Shown piece by piece: positions 1-12,714 of a stretch of 39,539 nt of DNA (within the stretch, counting starts at the first letter, position 1; the number at the start of each line of letters is the position of its first letter). The stretch is from positions 160,609,243-160,648,781 of the forward strand of contig NC_068983.1 in NCBI RefSeq assembly GCF_001194135.2, read 5' to 3'. The position numbers were made by a program, and so were the translations under genes. Under the pieces are notes generated by a model. The model had not been told where the DNA came from. It searched no databases and was given only the letters and a program-made list of their open reading frames with translations. This stretch comes from Octopus bimaculoides (Eukaryota).

Positions 1-340
1 GAACACATTTCTCTCCTACAACATCACTATTCTCTCTCGTACACTGTCTTACAACACGAAATACCTCGAGTCTTTGGTCCTCACGGCGCAGAACATTGGC
101 AAATCTTTCCTTATCTGCTTCCCCTCTGGCTAAATAAACCTGTCGCCTAGCCTCCCTTCTGGCACATTGGTACAATTCCCTGCTACCACCGTTCTTCCAG
201 TCCTTCCAAGCTTGTTTCTTTTGTCTAATAGCCCTGTCTACCTCCTTGTTCCACCACCACGTTACTCTGGGTTGGGAGGGGACCTTACACCACCCACAAA
301 TCTGGTCGGTGGCTTTCAACAGGTTGTCCCGCAGAAATCT
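1..340 (-). mobile_element. RTE-clade LINE ORF2 fragment (endonuclease-RT linker); continues past the window start
   Basis: My translation of the minus strand from 340 is stop-free for 113 codons: RFLRDNLLKATDQICGWCKVPSQPRVTWWWNKEVDRAIRQKKQAWKDWKNGGSRELYQCARREARRQVYLARGEADKERF...VVGEKCV. The TWWWNxEVxxAIxxKK motif is typical of RTE/BovB ORF2. Confidence 0.85.
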
Positions 341-454
341 GATAAAAGTAATATTAACATTTCCATCATTTTCCACATTAATATAAGCCTTAATAATGTT
401 AACAACTAATATCATATGAAAAGTATTGTTGTTGTTCCTGCTATTGTTGTAGTT

Positions 455-1492
455 GTCATTATTATTATATATTCCGTAGTCTTATTTTTATCATGTGCTT
501 TCACTGCACTGCCAAGTGAAACTCTGCATGCTTTGGGTATGTGCTGTGGTTTGTTTTGGGGTTGGTATTTTCACTGTATTGAAAGTGCTTTAAGAAGTAT
601 GGGTGCCGTGCCTCGTAGTGCTGTTTTCTGTGTGTTATATCTACTCATAAGTCCTGATGTTTCTGTTAGGTATTTTTCTGCATGTTTTTAATCATACCTA
701 ATGTACTTATTATCATAAGGATTGTTTTAGTTTTTAGGCTTCATGTTTGGGTTATCTCTATCTCCAGATCTTTGTAATTCAAGAGTTTCTCCATTTCTTT
801 TAGAGATACATTGTCATCTGCTGGGATTGATACGTTGATTACAAGGCACTGCCAACTGTATCTGGTTATTACCTGCGTATATTGGCATATCTCAGAGTAT
901 GGTTGCTTTGTCATTTTCAGAGTCTTTTTATGCCGATACCATCCTTTTTCTTTTATCATTCCATAGTGTTGGCATAGCTTCCAGTGTATACAGATCCCAA
1001 CTCTGTCATGTCTGTGGATATATTCCTTCTTAGCCAGAACTGGGCTGCCAGTGACAATATGATTTATTGTTTCTTTCCCATCACCACATATTCTGCAGTT
1101 ACTTATAGTATTTTTCTTCCTTATGTATTTCATTATGGTTTCTGTGGAGAAGCTTTGATCTTGTGCTGCAATTAAAAATCTTTCAGTCTCTAGTTTGAGC
1201 CATGAGTTTTTCAAACATTGTGAAGATTTTACTTTGTCTATTTCTTCACTGTTTAGCTTATCCCAGTATTTCCCATGTAAGGGCTTTTCTTGCTTTCGTT
1301 TTATCATGGAATTTTGTTGTTCCAGTTTTAGTTTAGATTTCACTTGCTTTACAGCTTTTGTTATTTTCTCATTTTCGTCATAGTTCTCAGGTACTATGAC
1401 CACTTACTTGTATTTTCCAGCTTCTTTAGAAATAGGAAACATTTTTGTTTTGCTCATTTTGTGGCTATTTGTATTAGTTTTTCTTGGTTCTG
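455..1492 (-). mobile_element. 5'-truncated R4/Dong-like (RLE) LINE, family 1, degraded
   Basis: ORF 741..1403 has a CCHC-like knuckle (CRICGDGKETINHIVTGS), RHD, HWKLC and the RLE helix VSIPADDNVSLKEMEKLLNYKDLEIEI. C-terminus ...ALSIQ* stops at 571-573. The 3' UTR is homologous to 23818-23914 and a degenerate TAA tail lies near 455-470. Confidence 0.85.
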
Positions 1493-2580
1493 ATCATCAT
1501 CATGAAAAATCTCAGCTTTATTTCACTGGATATGATGGAAAGTGTCAGTAGACTATGGTGATCCTTGTTTACTGATTGTGCTTCAAGAACCCTGCAGAGA
1601 ACTCTTGCAATTCCAAGCACACATTTGCTTCAATCTTTTTGAGCCATGTTGGTAGTTGGGTACTGATATTCCCAAGTGTACCATTCACTATTGTTATCAT
1701 GTTCCCTTTCTTCATTGTCCACAACCTGCATACTTCCCACTTTAATTCATCATAGTTCTTCACTTTTCATTCTTCTTTCTCATCAGTCCTGTTGTCACCA
1801 GGACATGCTTTCATTACAACTATGTCAGATTTTTTATCTTTTACTTGATAGTCACACTCAATCATTGCATCCCACAAGATTTTGCAATCCTCATTCTCAG
1901 TAACCCCTGAGATTTAGTCATACCACATCTTTGATTTTTTTAGGCCGTAATTTCCACAAAGCTCCCAATGGATCATTCTTGCCACACTGTCGTGTCACAT
2001 TTTGTATTCATGTTGTGCCAATTTCGAGCATTCACTAACAATGTGCCATACTGTTTTACCCCTCTTAACACACATTCTGCATTTGTCACTCCCAGTTGTT
2101 TTCTTATTCTTGTTCCATACTTAAGTGCTTCTGTTTCTATCTTCAAGTCACTCCTCCCCCATCAATAACCACCAGCCTTCTGTATTTGCCTTTGCACTCA
2201 TATCTCTTGCACACTAACTGAACATTTTTTTTTCCTTCCGATGTCATTTTTTTTTCTATGCTCTTTTCCTTATTAAATTTCTCTTTCTCCAAAAATTATC
2301 AGTTTCGATGATGCCTGATTTCACATGCATCAACAATGGTCCTACTGAATTTTTTGCATACCACCCTAAACTGTTTTCCTCTGATTCAACACAATCATGA
2401 CAACTGGTCAAATCTCTCCCACACTTTCTTCTGGAAAAGTACAACTAATCAGTGTCACTTTTGGGATGAAATACTCCATACAATAGGAATAATTTCTGTT
2501 TCTTCTTATCCATACTCATCAGTTCATCATTCTGCTAGTTTATGATTCCAGCATGAAAGATTTCTTATATCTACATATCT
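1493..2580 (-). mobile_element. Second R4/Dong-like LINE lineage (family 2), thumb to RLE C-terminus, degraded
   Basis: Minus-strand frames give AGIIN*QNDELMSMDKKKQK, MYFSRRKCGRDL..EENSLGWY, DKCRMCVKRGKTVWHIVSECSKLAQHEYKM*HDSVARMIHWELCGNYG, KNYDELKWEVCRLW and GIARVLCRVLE. Confidence 0.8.
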
Positions 2581-4315
2581 AAAATGCTGAATCTGTAGAT
2601 TCGTTTAAACATTCATTAAGATATGCTGTGCCATAAGGTGATACTTGAAAATAAGTGACTGGGAGTACTTTAAAAATAATAACAGCAATAGCCTGGGTAT
2701 TTGCAATAGTTAGCATGATAAGGTATCCATCCATCACTTGGAGAAAATGTTAAATATTTGTATTGTGCTATAAGCATTATAGTGGGCCCCGGCTGAGAGA
2801 CTGAACGCTCTAGGCCTAACTAACCAGGCAACAGAGTAATTCAGTAAAAGAACAGTGATTTGCAGTGATGAGTTGAAATCTTCTAATGACATTTTTAATT
2901 AGGGTCTGATTTAGACTAAAATATTTTAAATTAAAGAAAAAAGCAAGACTCAATGATGCAGTTATGGCACCATCACTAGTAATATTACAAAGTAGTAGCA
3001 GAAATACCATCATTCTTGCCTTCAAAACTTATTTATGTTTGTTTTCTGCTGTCTGAAAATGTTATATTTAAAACATTATTATTCATTCTTTGGCATTGTC
3101 ATGGAGATACATTCCAACAATTCCCACCTTTTGGTTTAAGGTTAAATGCAATAATCAATCATTTTTGTGAAATGACATTTTTCTCCCTTCTGTTAGACTT
3201 TTTTCTTTTTAATTCTAAAAACAACATTACCTTTTAGAATCTTTTTCAATTTCTTTTTTATACTTCTATTAATTCTAAAGAAAACAGACCTAGTAATTTT
3301 TTTCTTTGCTTTAATCTTAGTAAGACTTCATTAAAATGAAAACTTATATTTTAAGCAAATGGTAATACTATGGATGCAACTTCTGAAGAAGTTTAACAAG
3401 GTTCTAACTTTACTATATCAGGTATAATAAAAAAAATGAAATTTACATTATAAAACGAGTTGTATTTCTCTGTCCATCCATTACAAATTAATCTCAGATT
3501 AAAATGATATTCAATTTATTTAAAGTAAACGAAATAAAAACAATGTATTATACAATTTATTCATTGAATTCACATATACAATGTAAGGAAAAATAAGGTT
3601 TGTGTTTTATTTTTGATCAAAGTTTATTTTTCCAAACATACCACAAACAAAAAAAAATTACTATGACTATTTTACTTTCAAGTACAACAATAGATGGTGT
3701 GATAAAAATGAAAAGATAAAGATGGAGAGACTAGAAGAAGAAAGAGAAAAGTAATAGAAATAGCAATAGATTTACTAAAACCCTCAGTAAAATAGTCAAT
3801 TCTGCTGCAAGCCTATTTTCATTTACTGAAATGCTGTTCCTTCTACTACTTGAATCTACTTATTTTTGAGCTGAGTAAACTATTTACAAAAAAAGCTTTC
3901 AATCAATAAAGCAGTCAATTCTGCTGTTTGTAAGGTAAATATATTATTTTCCACTTAAATATTTGTTGATATACAACAATTGTAAAATTTTAAAATGTCA
4001 TTAAAAAAATTCATTATTGTGAATAAAAATAATTCACTGAAACTCGTTAACCACATTGATTATGCATGAGGAAGTTTTGGCTCAAATATTTCATCTTATG
4101 TTGTGAACAAAATTATTATTAAAAAATTCTCATTGCCATTTATCATCTGTCACAGATATTACTAATATACACACATATTCACAAATGTGATATTGTTTAT
4201 GTAGTCATTCAGCTTGCTAGAAATAGTGGCCACGTCTTCATAAAATCAGCAAGGAATGATAAAAACAGAATCTTGTTTAGGTTCTATTTTCACTATTATG
4301 ATGTTTCTTTATTAA

Positions 4316-4772
4316 GATGGCAGAAACTGAAAGAAGCCCGTCATCATCATCATCATCATCATCATCGTTTAACGTCCGCTTTCCATGCTAGCATGGGTTG
4401 GACGATTTGACTGAGGACTGGCAAGCCAGAAGGCTGCACCAGGCTCCAATCTGATATGGCAGAGTTTCTACAGCTGGATGCCCTTCCTAACGCCAACCAC
4501 TCCGAGAGTGTCATATATATTTATATATATACATATATATATATATGTACATATGTATGTGTGTGTGTCTATGTCTGTGTTTGTTCCCCATCACCACTTA
4601 GCAACTGGTGCTGGTGTGTTTACAGCCCCGTAACTTAGCAGTTTGGCAAAGAGAGACCGATAGAATAAGTGCCTGGCTTAAAGAAGAAATTAATTTTTTC
4701 AACTAAAATCCTTCAAGATGATGCCCCAGCATGGCCGCAGACAAAAACTGAAACAAGTGAAAGAAAAGAAAA
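4316..4772 (+). mobile_element. SINE family A (central microsatellite), head missing, interrupted
   Basis: gcagaaactgaaagaagcccgt, then a TA/TG microsatellite, then a 3' body ending gaaacaagtgaaagaaaagaaa. Homologous to the reverse copy at 15842-16743. Confidence 0.7.
4342..4511 (-). mobile_element. RTE-type 3' end with (GAT)n tail
   Basis: (CAT)n at 4342-4366 followed by gtttaacgtccgctttccatgctagcatgggttggacg...ggatgcccttcctaacgccaaccac. Homologous to 5471-5640 (opposite strand) and 11428-11590. Confidence 0.7.
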
Positions 4773-5470
4773 ATGTCATCTACGTAAATGTAAATTTTGT
4801 AAAATATATTTGCTGAATTTGCAGAAAATAGAATAAAAGGTTTTGAAAATATATGTTTTTAGTTAAAAGAAGCTTATTTATTAAGCCTTTGTTCAGAAAG
4901 GTAACCTACATTTCAATAATTCACCTAATTAAAAAGTATCTAATATAAAATCTATTTTTCTGAATATAAAAATAGAAGGAAAGCTAGTAAGTTTTGATTC
5001 TTTTAAAACTCTTTGTAATTGAACTGAATATATTAAAGATAGTATTTTAAATGAATAAACATTTTAAATTTAAAATGTTGCTATCTTCATATCTGTGATG
5101 CCATTGGTATCAAACTAGTAATGATAATTTGACCTTTAAAATATTTTTATTTGACCATTTGTTTGTTTGTTCATTTAACATCCACTTTTGGTGGGGTTGA
5201 ACAGGAACTTATTTAAAGCAGGATTTCATAGCCAGCTGCTCTTCCTGTCACTAACACTTAACTGTTCTTCACATAAGTGATTTCACATTTTGCTTTATTC
5301 CTAAGATATTCAAAGTATTGAGTATTATGTCAGTATTTATGCACATTTGTATGCACACACACACACACACACTAGTGTACACACTCACATATACACACAG
5401 GCACACACACATACACACACATATACTCACATACACCCACAATATGTGTGTGTAGGAAACTTGTCTCACA

Positions 5471-5640
5471 CGTAAAAAACACCCACTACACTCTTGGTGT
5501 AGTTTGCGTTAGGAAGGGCATGTCAAATCTGACTGGAACCTGGTACAGCTCTCCAGCTTACCAGTTCCAGTCAAGCCATCTAACCCATGCCAGCATGGAA
5601 AGCAGATGCTAATTGAGGATGATGATGATGATGATGATGA
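5471..5640 (+). mobile_element. RTE-type 3' end or RTE-tailed SINE with (GAT)n tail
   Basis: gcgttaggaagggcat...aacccatgccagcatggaaagcagatg followed by (GAT)n at 5618-5640. Confidence 0.7.
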
Positions 5641-6099
5641 ATTTTCTGAACAAAGAAAAAGGACTAGTTTGTATTCTTTGTTACTTATTAGTTCTTAGAT
5701 CTTTGCCATTTTGGTGTTCAAGCATTTGAATACATAGTAACTGGCTGCCTTTCTTAATGCTAACTTCTCAACTATGAAGGAAAAGTAGTTTCTAATTTCA
5801 ATTAAGTTAATGTTTTTTATTAACTAAAATTGGTGGGAGTGTCTGAAATAGAGATCAGACTAGAAATGATTAAAAAAAAAAAAAAAATTTTTTATTGACT
5901 TCTAATATTAATTTTTTGTTCATGTTTAATATTACTTCCATTTCAATTTTAAATATATTTTAGAATTTCATTTTCAAGTATGAAAACATCACACTTTTAC
6001 CATTTCGAAATTTAACTATTAAAAGAAAACAAATCTGAAAGAACAGAATTTTTACTGAAATTTTTATTTCTGTAGATATATGTAAATATTCTTTCTAAT

Positions 6100-6300
6100 T
6101 ATTGGCACACAGCCAGTAATTTTGAGGGTGGGGGAAGCAAATTGCATCAACCCCAGTGCTCCACTGGTACTTACTTCATCAAACCTGAAAGAATAAAAGT
6201 TGAAGTCAATCTTAGCAGAGTTGGAACTCACTATGTAAAGCCTGAAAAAATGTTGCTAAGCATATTTTCCAGAGCACTAATGATTCTGATAGCTTGTGGC
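6100..6300 (-). mobile_element. SINE family B, degraded
   Basis: ccccagtgctccactggtacttac...ttggaactca...gctaagcat...ctaatgattctg aligns by eye with the better copy at 23182-23407. Confidence 0.6.
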
Positions 6301-6307
6301 CTTAGAT

Positions 6308-6647
6308 AAAAAGGTAAAGACACCCTTCGGTCATGAATGACCATGGGATTGCACCTAGAAAGTTCCCTTCCAAGGTACAAGTCCAGGCAAGGTTGTTCAT
6401 GGAAGACCAGCAGTCGCTCATGCATGCCAGCCTCCCCTCTCCATGCCATCGATGTTATTCAAGGGAAAGGCAAAGGCGAGTACAGCTTGGCAGCAGTAAT
6501 GTCACAACTTATTTCTACAGTTGAGTGAACTGGAGCAATGTGAAATAAAGTGTCTTGCTCAAGAACACAACACACAGCACAGGAATCAAACTCACTACCT
6601 TATGATTGTGAGCCTGACACTCTAACCACAGAGCCATGTACCTTCAC
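6308..6647 (-). mobile_element. tRNA-derived SINE family C (CORE-like central region)
   Basis: Minus strand has an A-box-like tggctctgtggtt and a B-box-like gagtttgattcc, then cttgagcaagacactttatttcacattgctccagttcactc and a tail ending catgaccgaagggtgtctttaccttttt. Confidence 0.7.
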
Positions 6648-6659
6648 TACATTTATATA

Positions 6660-7745
6660 CTAGCAAATGCACCCGCTCTTTGAATGGTTTAAGTTGCTTT
6701 GGTAGCATTTTTTTCACCAAATAATTGAACTACCGAGAAGGTTTATGAGTAGCACGGCAATCTATGTTTCTGATTAACCTAGGAATGGAAAATCAAATTG
6801 AAGGCTGGTTATTGTGGAGGTCATTGCACTTTAATGATCATAGAACATGTAAGTTTGCAAGCAATGCAAATTAGAGCTACTGAAGTGGTTGGGGAGTAGA
6901 TTATGGATAATGACTACAAAATATAGTTGTTTTACATGAAAGCGAAATTTCTTGTCAGAAACAGCCACATAAACAGTGTAATGAAATTAAAGGAAGACAT
7001 TGAAACTTCCCTTCTGTGAGTTTACTTTTTTCAACAGCAAAGGGAGCTATTTTTTTGGAGAAATAAGCTAACAAAAGCCCCTTTATTCTATCTTCCCACA
7101 TAACCTGTACAGAAACTAACAGCGAATGTCACATGACGTTAAATTGGTATGGAGCTTTTGCTAGTGGTAGCAAAACTCTTATTGAAGGGTCGATTCTTTG
7201 GGATGAATCATATGTGATTGTTTAAAAAAGCCTAGAACAACAATGCTAAAATGTGTTTAGAAAATAGACAACAGTCGAAATATCATAATGGATAGGTAAA
7301 TTAGCATCTCCAAAGTGAAACAACATATTGGTAGGTAAACAAATGTATCAACAAATAGAAGGGAACATCACCTTTCAAGTAACTCAGAATAGGTAAAGGT
7401 AAGCTTACCAAAGTTAATGCAGTTTAAATATGGAGATTTGTTTGGTATTGGATATTCATTGCATACAGTGTTCCTAGTCAATTTAATCACCGTGGCAGGT
7501 GGACAGTGGAAGTAAATGAACAAATTCCTTTCACTTTTGTAAAAAGATTAAAAAAGTATGGAAGACCCTGCATACAAAAAATTATGTCCATTTATGTGGG
7601 AGCCTTGGGCAAAATGTTATAGTGCATGACCATCCTTGAGATATAAGTAATGTGTGTGTAAAGTTTGGTGAAAATTGGTTGAGAATTGTGAAAATGTATG
7701 TGTTAGTCATTATACACACATATACTTTGATTTATATATACTAGA
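6660..7745 (-). mobile_element. Non-autonomous Helitron (1,086 bp)
   Basis: On the minus strand the 5' end reads A|TCTAGTATATATAAA (7745) and the 3' end ...CTAG|T (6660). A degenerate hairpin ccgctc-ttt-gaatgg at 6673-6687 lies about 10 nt from the CTAG. These are canonical Helitron termini in an AT target. Confidence 0.72.
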
Positions 7746-10087
7746 TATGACCTTAAATATGTATAAACATATCAGCTATTTATCAATTGTTGTGATTGCT
7801 GTCTAGCCCCAGATCAACCCTAATAGAGCACACTTATGATCAAACACATTTCAGCTCTTCAGAACTCATTCTTTTTCAAGTATCTTATATCTAATATTAC
7901 ATCATACAGTCATAATGTATAATGGAAGAACAGTACCTTTGATAGGATGGTATATCCAAGTCTATTTCAGGACAACTTGTCTGTTACTCACACCCACATG
8001 GCATGCTACTCTCACCTTGGCACTGCATGGACTATTTATATGTAGCAGCATACCATTTCCTGGGCAACTGAGCATAGTTAGGTTGGCTAAACCAGCTTGA
8101 GGAGAGATGATGAGTCTGAAACTCTTGGTGAAATTCTTTAAAGGTTTGTCATTTTACGCATGTGCAAACTGGATCTTTGGTGGACATTGGGGAAGAAATC
8201 TGTCAATGGTCAAGTTTCAACAAACGGAAAAGTGATATTCAGTAATATCATGGTGGGGTACTTATCACAGAGCATGGAAAGAAATGCAGACTGCTTTGAT
8301 CATTCCGTGCATCTCACATGATTGCTGTTGCCTTGGCAATGCTTTGCTCCTGAACAAGGAGGTAACTGATGAGAGAATGAGGCTGAACATCCAACACCAC
8401 TCTCTATCATTATAATCAATGTGCAACACAAGTTAAAACTATAAAAGCTTTGTGAGAAAGCAAAGAAAGATACAAAATAGCATATGACTTTGTAGTATCA
8501 TTGTTTTATTATAGAAGTGTTGCCTGCATTTTGCATGAGAATATCATGTGACTTAACTTGATAGTCACATAATGAAGACAGTTTAACATGGCAGCCCTTT
8601 TCTGTGTCAAAAATGCTTTCTTTGATGATATCTGAGGTGAGTAGGACAGAAGAAAGAAAGAAAGAGAAAGCTGACTGCTATCAGTGAACCAAGATCCAAC
8701 AATCTTGTACAAAAACTTATAAAATATTTCAAATAAATCTGGGTTATCAGTTATGTGTGAATCCATGTTTAAAGCAAGCAAAATACAGGTATTTGAAGGG
8801 GGTAGGACAACTTCTATGATTGAAAATGACCACAAATCAAGAATGGGTGCAACTTCAGTTTTACTTCATTTTTCAATTGATAAAGGCCAGCAGAAGTAAG
8901 TGGTTGTATGTAATTACTTTAATAAGCATTTTACTGTGGGATCCTGTTAATAATTTTGAGCAAGCTTATCTGTCCAGGGTAATAGATACAATCTTCCTTG
9001 CAATAGCAATTTCTTGTAAATGATGACTTGAAAGTTATAATAATTTTTTAAGACTAAAGGGTGTTATTTAACAGAAATTGGATCCCTATTTCTAGTGGGT
9101 CAATCAGCCTCTTAGATGCTTCAGTAACAACCAGAAATGTAAGGTTGTTTCTGTACTCTTGTAAGTTAGAGTCAGTGAAATTATAATTTATTGTTGCTAA
9201 CTTTACTGCTCTAATCATCATCCACTTTAGCACTACCTTCAAATGGCACTCAGTTACCTTTAGCAGGGTTCTCTCTGTTGCAAGCATTCAAGCCAGATCT
9301 CAGGTTTAAGGATAACATTCTCTCTTCATCCACCTATCTAAGAGGCACTCAAAAAATCGTGGATATTATCCTTTTCCTTCAAATATTTTTTTTTAAATTA
9401 AATTATGATTTAGCAATATATTCACAAACCTCCATTGTAATAACATCCAAATAGCTAAGATGGATTACACTTTCACTTATCTCTATAATTATCTCTTTAA
9501 TTTTATGATCTATAATTCAATATCTAACTTCAATAGAGTAGTGTTAATTTTATAACTGATTTAGTAACATGACAATAATCAATCTTCTTCAATAGTGAAA
9601 TAATGAAGACTAATATACCACATAGGTTACAGTTTAATTCATCCCTATAATCATATATTTCTGTTGAAGGTTACAGAATAGCAGAAATGGTAGAGCAATA
9701 TGTCTAAAAGCATTATAATATTTGGTTTAAAATTTCTTTGTTCTGAATTGACTTTGAATTTTATCCTGCCAACTCTAATAAAATAAATACCAGTTGTATA
9801 AATTTATACCTATCAATTCTGAGATATCTTTCTCATCCTTGAAATATCCCTTATTCCTCTAAGTGTGTAATTCCAGTCTATAGTTCTAATATCACTGCCT
9901 ATTTAGCAACATTTTAACCACAGAATTGTCCCAAAACCTATACTGATAAAATACTTAAGTACTTATACTTCAACATGTAAGTAAAGTTGCTCTAAATTAC
10001 TGATTGTCATATGTGGAAGAAAAGATTTGATTTAACTTAATGTTTAAAATATTACTAATCTTCACGGTTGTTGTATGTTAGAAATAT

Positions 10088-10288
10088 ACATAGCTTAAGG
10101 CACAGGCATGGCTGGTGCAGATGTGGCTGGGAAGTCCTGAAGTTTGCTTTCCAATCACATAGTTTCAGGTTCAATACCAATGCATAGCATCTTGGACAAA
10201 TGTCTTCTACTCTAGCACAAGGTCAAACAATGCTTTGTGAAGGAATTTGATTGATGGAAATTGTAAGAAGCCTGCTATGCATAAATAT

Positions 10289-10346
<58 letters not shown>

Positions 10347-10370
10347 AACTACATCTCAATATTGACAACC
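10088..10370 (+). mobile_element. SINE family A, degraded, with (GT)n at 10292-10345
   Basis: caggcatggct...caggttcaatacc...cttggacaaatgtcttctact...gatggaaattgtaagaagcc followed by the microsatellite. Confidence 0.65.
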
Positions 10371-11129
10371 CACAGTTTTACTTGAGTCAAATGTTGATAT
10401 AATGCTTTTGACCCTTATTGGCATTCTGACTATGCAGTGGAATTCAAATTTCTTGATTGAAGAAAAGGTAAAGGTTCAAGACAGGAAAAGCATCCAACAG
10501 TAAAATTCTGCCTAAAATATGACAGCACAGAAAAATAAACATTAACTAAACAAACCTAAAGTACAGAAATTTTTCAAGAAATTTTACAGAAAATAATAAA
10601 ATACATTAATGAAAATATCTTTCTGCTTTCTCTTTAAAATGTTTGTAAAACATCAAAAATAAAGTGGAGCATTTCTGTGGTAACAGCTAAATATAGTTAT
10701 ACAACTTTCATTTTAAAAGAGTAGAGGTCAGAAGAATCATATCATAGACATTTGACTAAGCAGAGCAGGAAGAAAAAGATTAGGTATGAAGAAGAATGAG
10801 ATAAAACAAAGTGCTTCTATAAAAATAGATGAGGCACTTAGCAATGCATCGGAAAGAAGATAAATAAATTATTTGTGTGAGTCAAAAGTCAATGCTATTT
10901 AGAAGCCAAAAGATTTTCCACCCAAATCTCAATCCATTAAGGCTGACACAAACAAAAGAATATTTGTGATTCAATTGAAATTTAAACTATTTCCTCATAT
11001 AGCTTTCAAAAAGGCACGAATCAATTCTGATATTCTCAATATATTTGTCTGTTTAAATGTTTCAGTATATATATGTAGCCATTTACATATGTATCATGGC
11101 CTGTGTGTTAGAATGAAGATGTGTACCTC

Positions 11130-11145
11130 TGTGTGTGTGTATGTG

Positions 11146-11177
<32 letters not shown>

Positions 11178-11348
11178 CGTGCACGTGTGTAAATACATAC
11201 ATATGTATACATACATATATATATGAGGTAAGCTCAAACATGCATTCGCTTATAAACATAAGTACATATATATGCTTAATGTGTGTACATATATACACAT
11301 ACACACACATGCACACACACATATATACACACACATGTATACACACAT

Positions 11349-11388
<40 letters not shown>

Positions 11389-11400
11389 ACACACACATAG
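11130..11400. repeat. Compound GT/CA/TACA microsatellite
   Basis: Directly visible dinucleotide and tetranucleotide runs. Confidence 0.9.
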
Positions 11401-11427
11401 AGATATTTCCATGCATATTATGATATA

Positions 11428-11590
11428 TCATCATCAGCAGCAGCATCATCATTTAACGTCCATCTTCTAGGCTGATATGGGTTGGATGGTTTGACATGAT
11501 CCAAAATGCTGAAGGTTTGCTTTGAGCTCCAACATCAGCTTTGGCATAGTTTCTACTGCTGTATGCCCTTCCTGATGCCAACCACTTTAC
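11428..11590 (-). mobile_element. RTE-type 3' end, degraded
   Basis: (CAT/CAG)n then ttaacgtccat...gggttggatgg...tgcccttcctgatgccaaccac. Confidence 0.65.
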
Positions 11591-11914
11591 ATATACTGAA
11601 TATTTTTTTTTTCTTCATCTTGTGACACATTAACATGAACAATTAACTTACTTTCCGAAAATTGTCGAGAATTTTACATAATTAGGATACTGCCACAAAT
11701 TATCTTTTTTATTTCACACTAAATATTCATATTATATAATAATTTTTCCACAGATACTCTTGGACTTATGTATGAATATTTACTTCAGGAATGGACTGCT
11801 GATGAACTAATCTGGACTTCTCCATATGATATTTCCATTATATTCTAATCAAAGATGGTGAGCTGGCAGAATCATATTTGCAGGCTTGATAAAATTTTTA
11901 GCAGTATTATTTAT

Positions 11915-12389
11915 CTTAAAGTCTGGTATTTACTCTATTGATCACTTTTGCCAAACTGCTAAGTTGTGNNNNNNNNNNNNNNNNNNNNNNNNNNNNNNNN
12001 NNNNNNNNNNNNNNNNNNNNNNNNNNNNNNNNNNNNNNNNNNNNNNNNNNNNNNNNNNNNNNNNNNNNNNNNNNNNNNNNNNNNNNNNNNNNNNNNNNNN
12101 NNNNNNNNNNNNNNNNNNNNNNNNNNNNNNNNNNNNNNNNNNNNNNNNNNNNNNNNNNNNNNNNNNNNNNNNNNNNNNNNNNNNNNNNNNNNNNNNNNNN
12201 NNNNNNNNNNNNNNNNNNNNNNNNNNNNNNNNNNNNNNNNNNNNNNNNNNNNNNNNNNNNNNNNNNNNNNNNNNNNNNNNNNNNNNNNNNNNNNNNNNNN
12301 NNNNNNNNNNNNNNNNNNNNNNNNNNNNNNNNNNNNNATATATATATATATATATATACATATATATATGCATATATATATATACATAC

Positions 12390-12422
<33 letters not shown>

Positions 12423-12618
12423 CCCACACACACATACATATATATACATACACAACAGGTTTCTTTCAGTTTCAATTTACCAAATCTACTTAGAGAGTTT
12501 TTGTTTACCCAAAATTATAGTAGAAAAATATTTGCTTAAGGTGTCATGCAATGGGACAGAACCTAGAACCATATAGTTGGGAAGTAAATTTCATAACCAC
12601 ACAGCCACACCTGTATCT
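11915..12618 (-). mobile_element. SINE family A spanning a gap and TA microsatellite
   Basis: Tail part tggtatttactctattgatcacttttgccaaactgctaag precedes the gap. Head part ttctttcagtttc...gaacctagaaccat...accacacagccacacctg follows at 12453-12618. Confidence 0.6.
11969..12337. other. Assembly gap (369 N)
   Basis: Run of N. Confidence 1.
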
Positions 12619-12650
12619 ATAAACATCAATGCCCAGAGTATGTGCATATA

Positions 12651-12714
<64 letters not shown>

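Noticed and set aside
2816-3025. Hydrophobic 69-aa ORF resembling a signal peptide
   Set aside because: Short ORF in AT-rich DNA with no family motif or exon structure.
3794-3926. 14-bp direct repeat agtcaattctgctg at 3794 and 3913
   Set aside because: The enclosed sequence shows no element hallmarks; probably a local duplication of no clear significance.
8590-8642. Strong splice donor AG|GTGAGT at 8637
   Set aside because: No convincing acceptor or recognisable peptide upstream; such motifs arise by chance in 40 kb.
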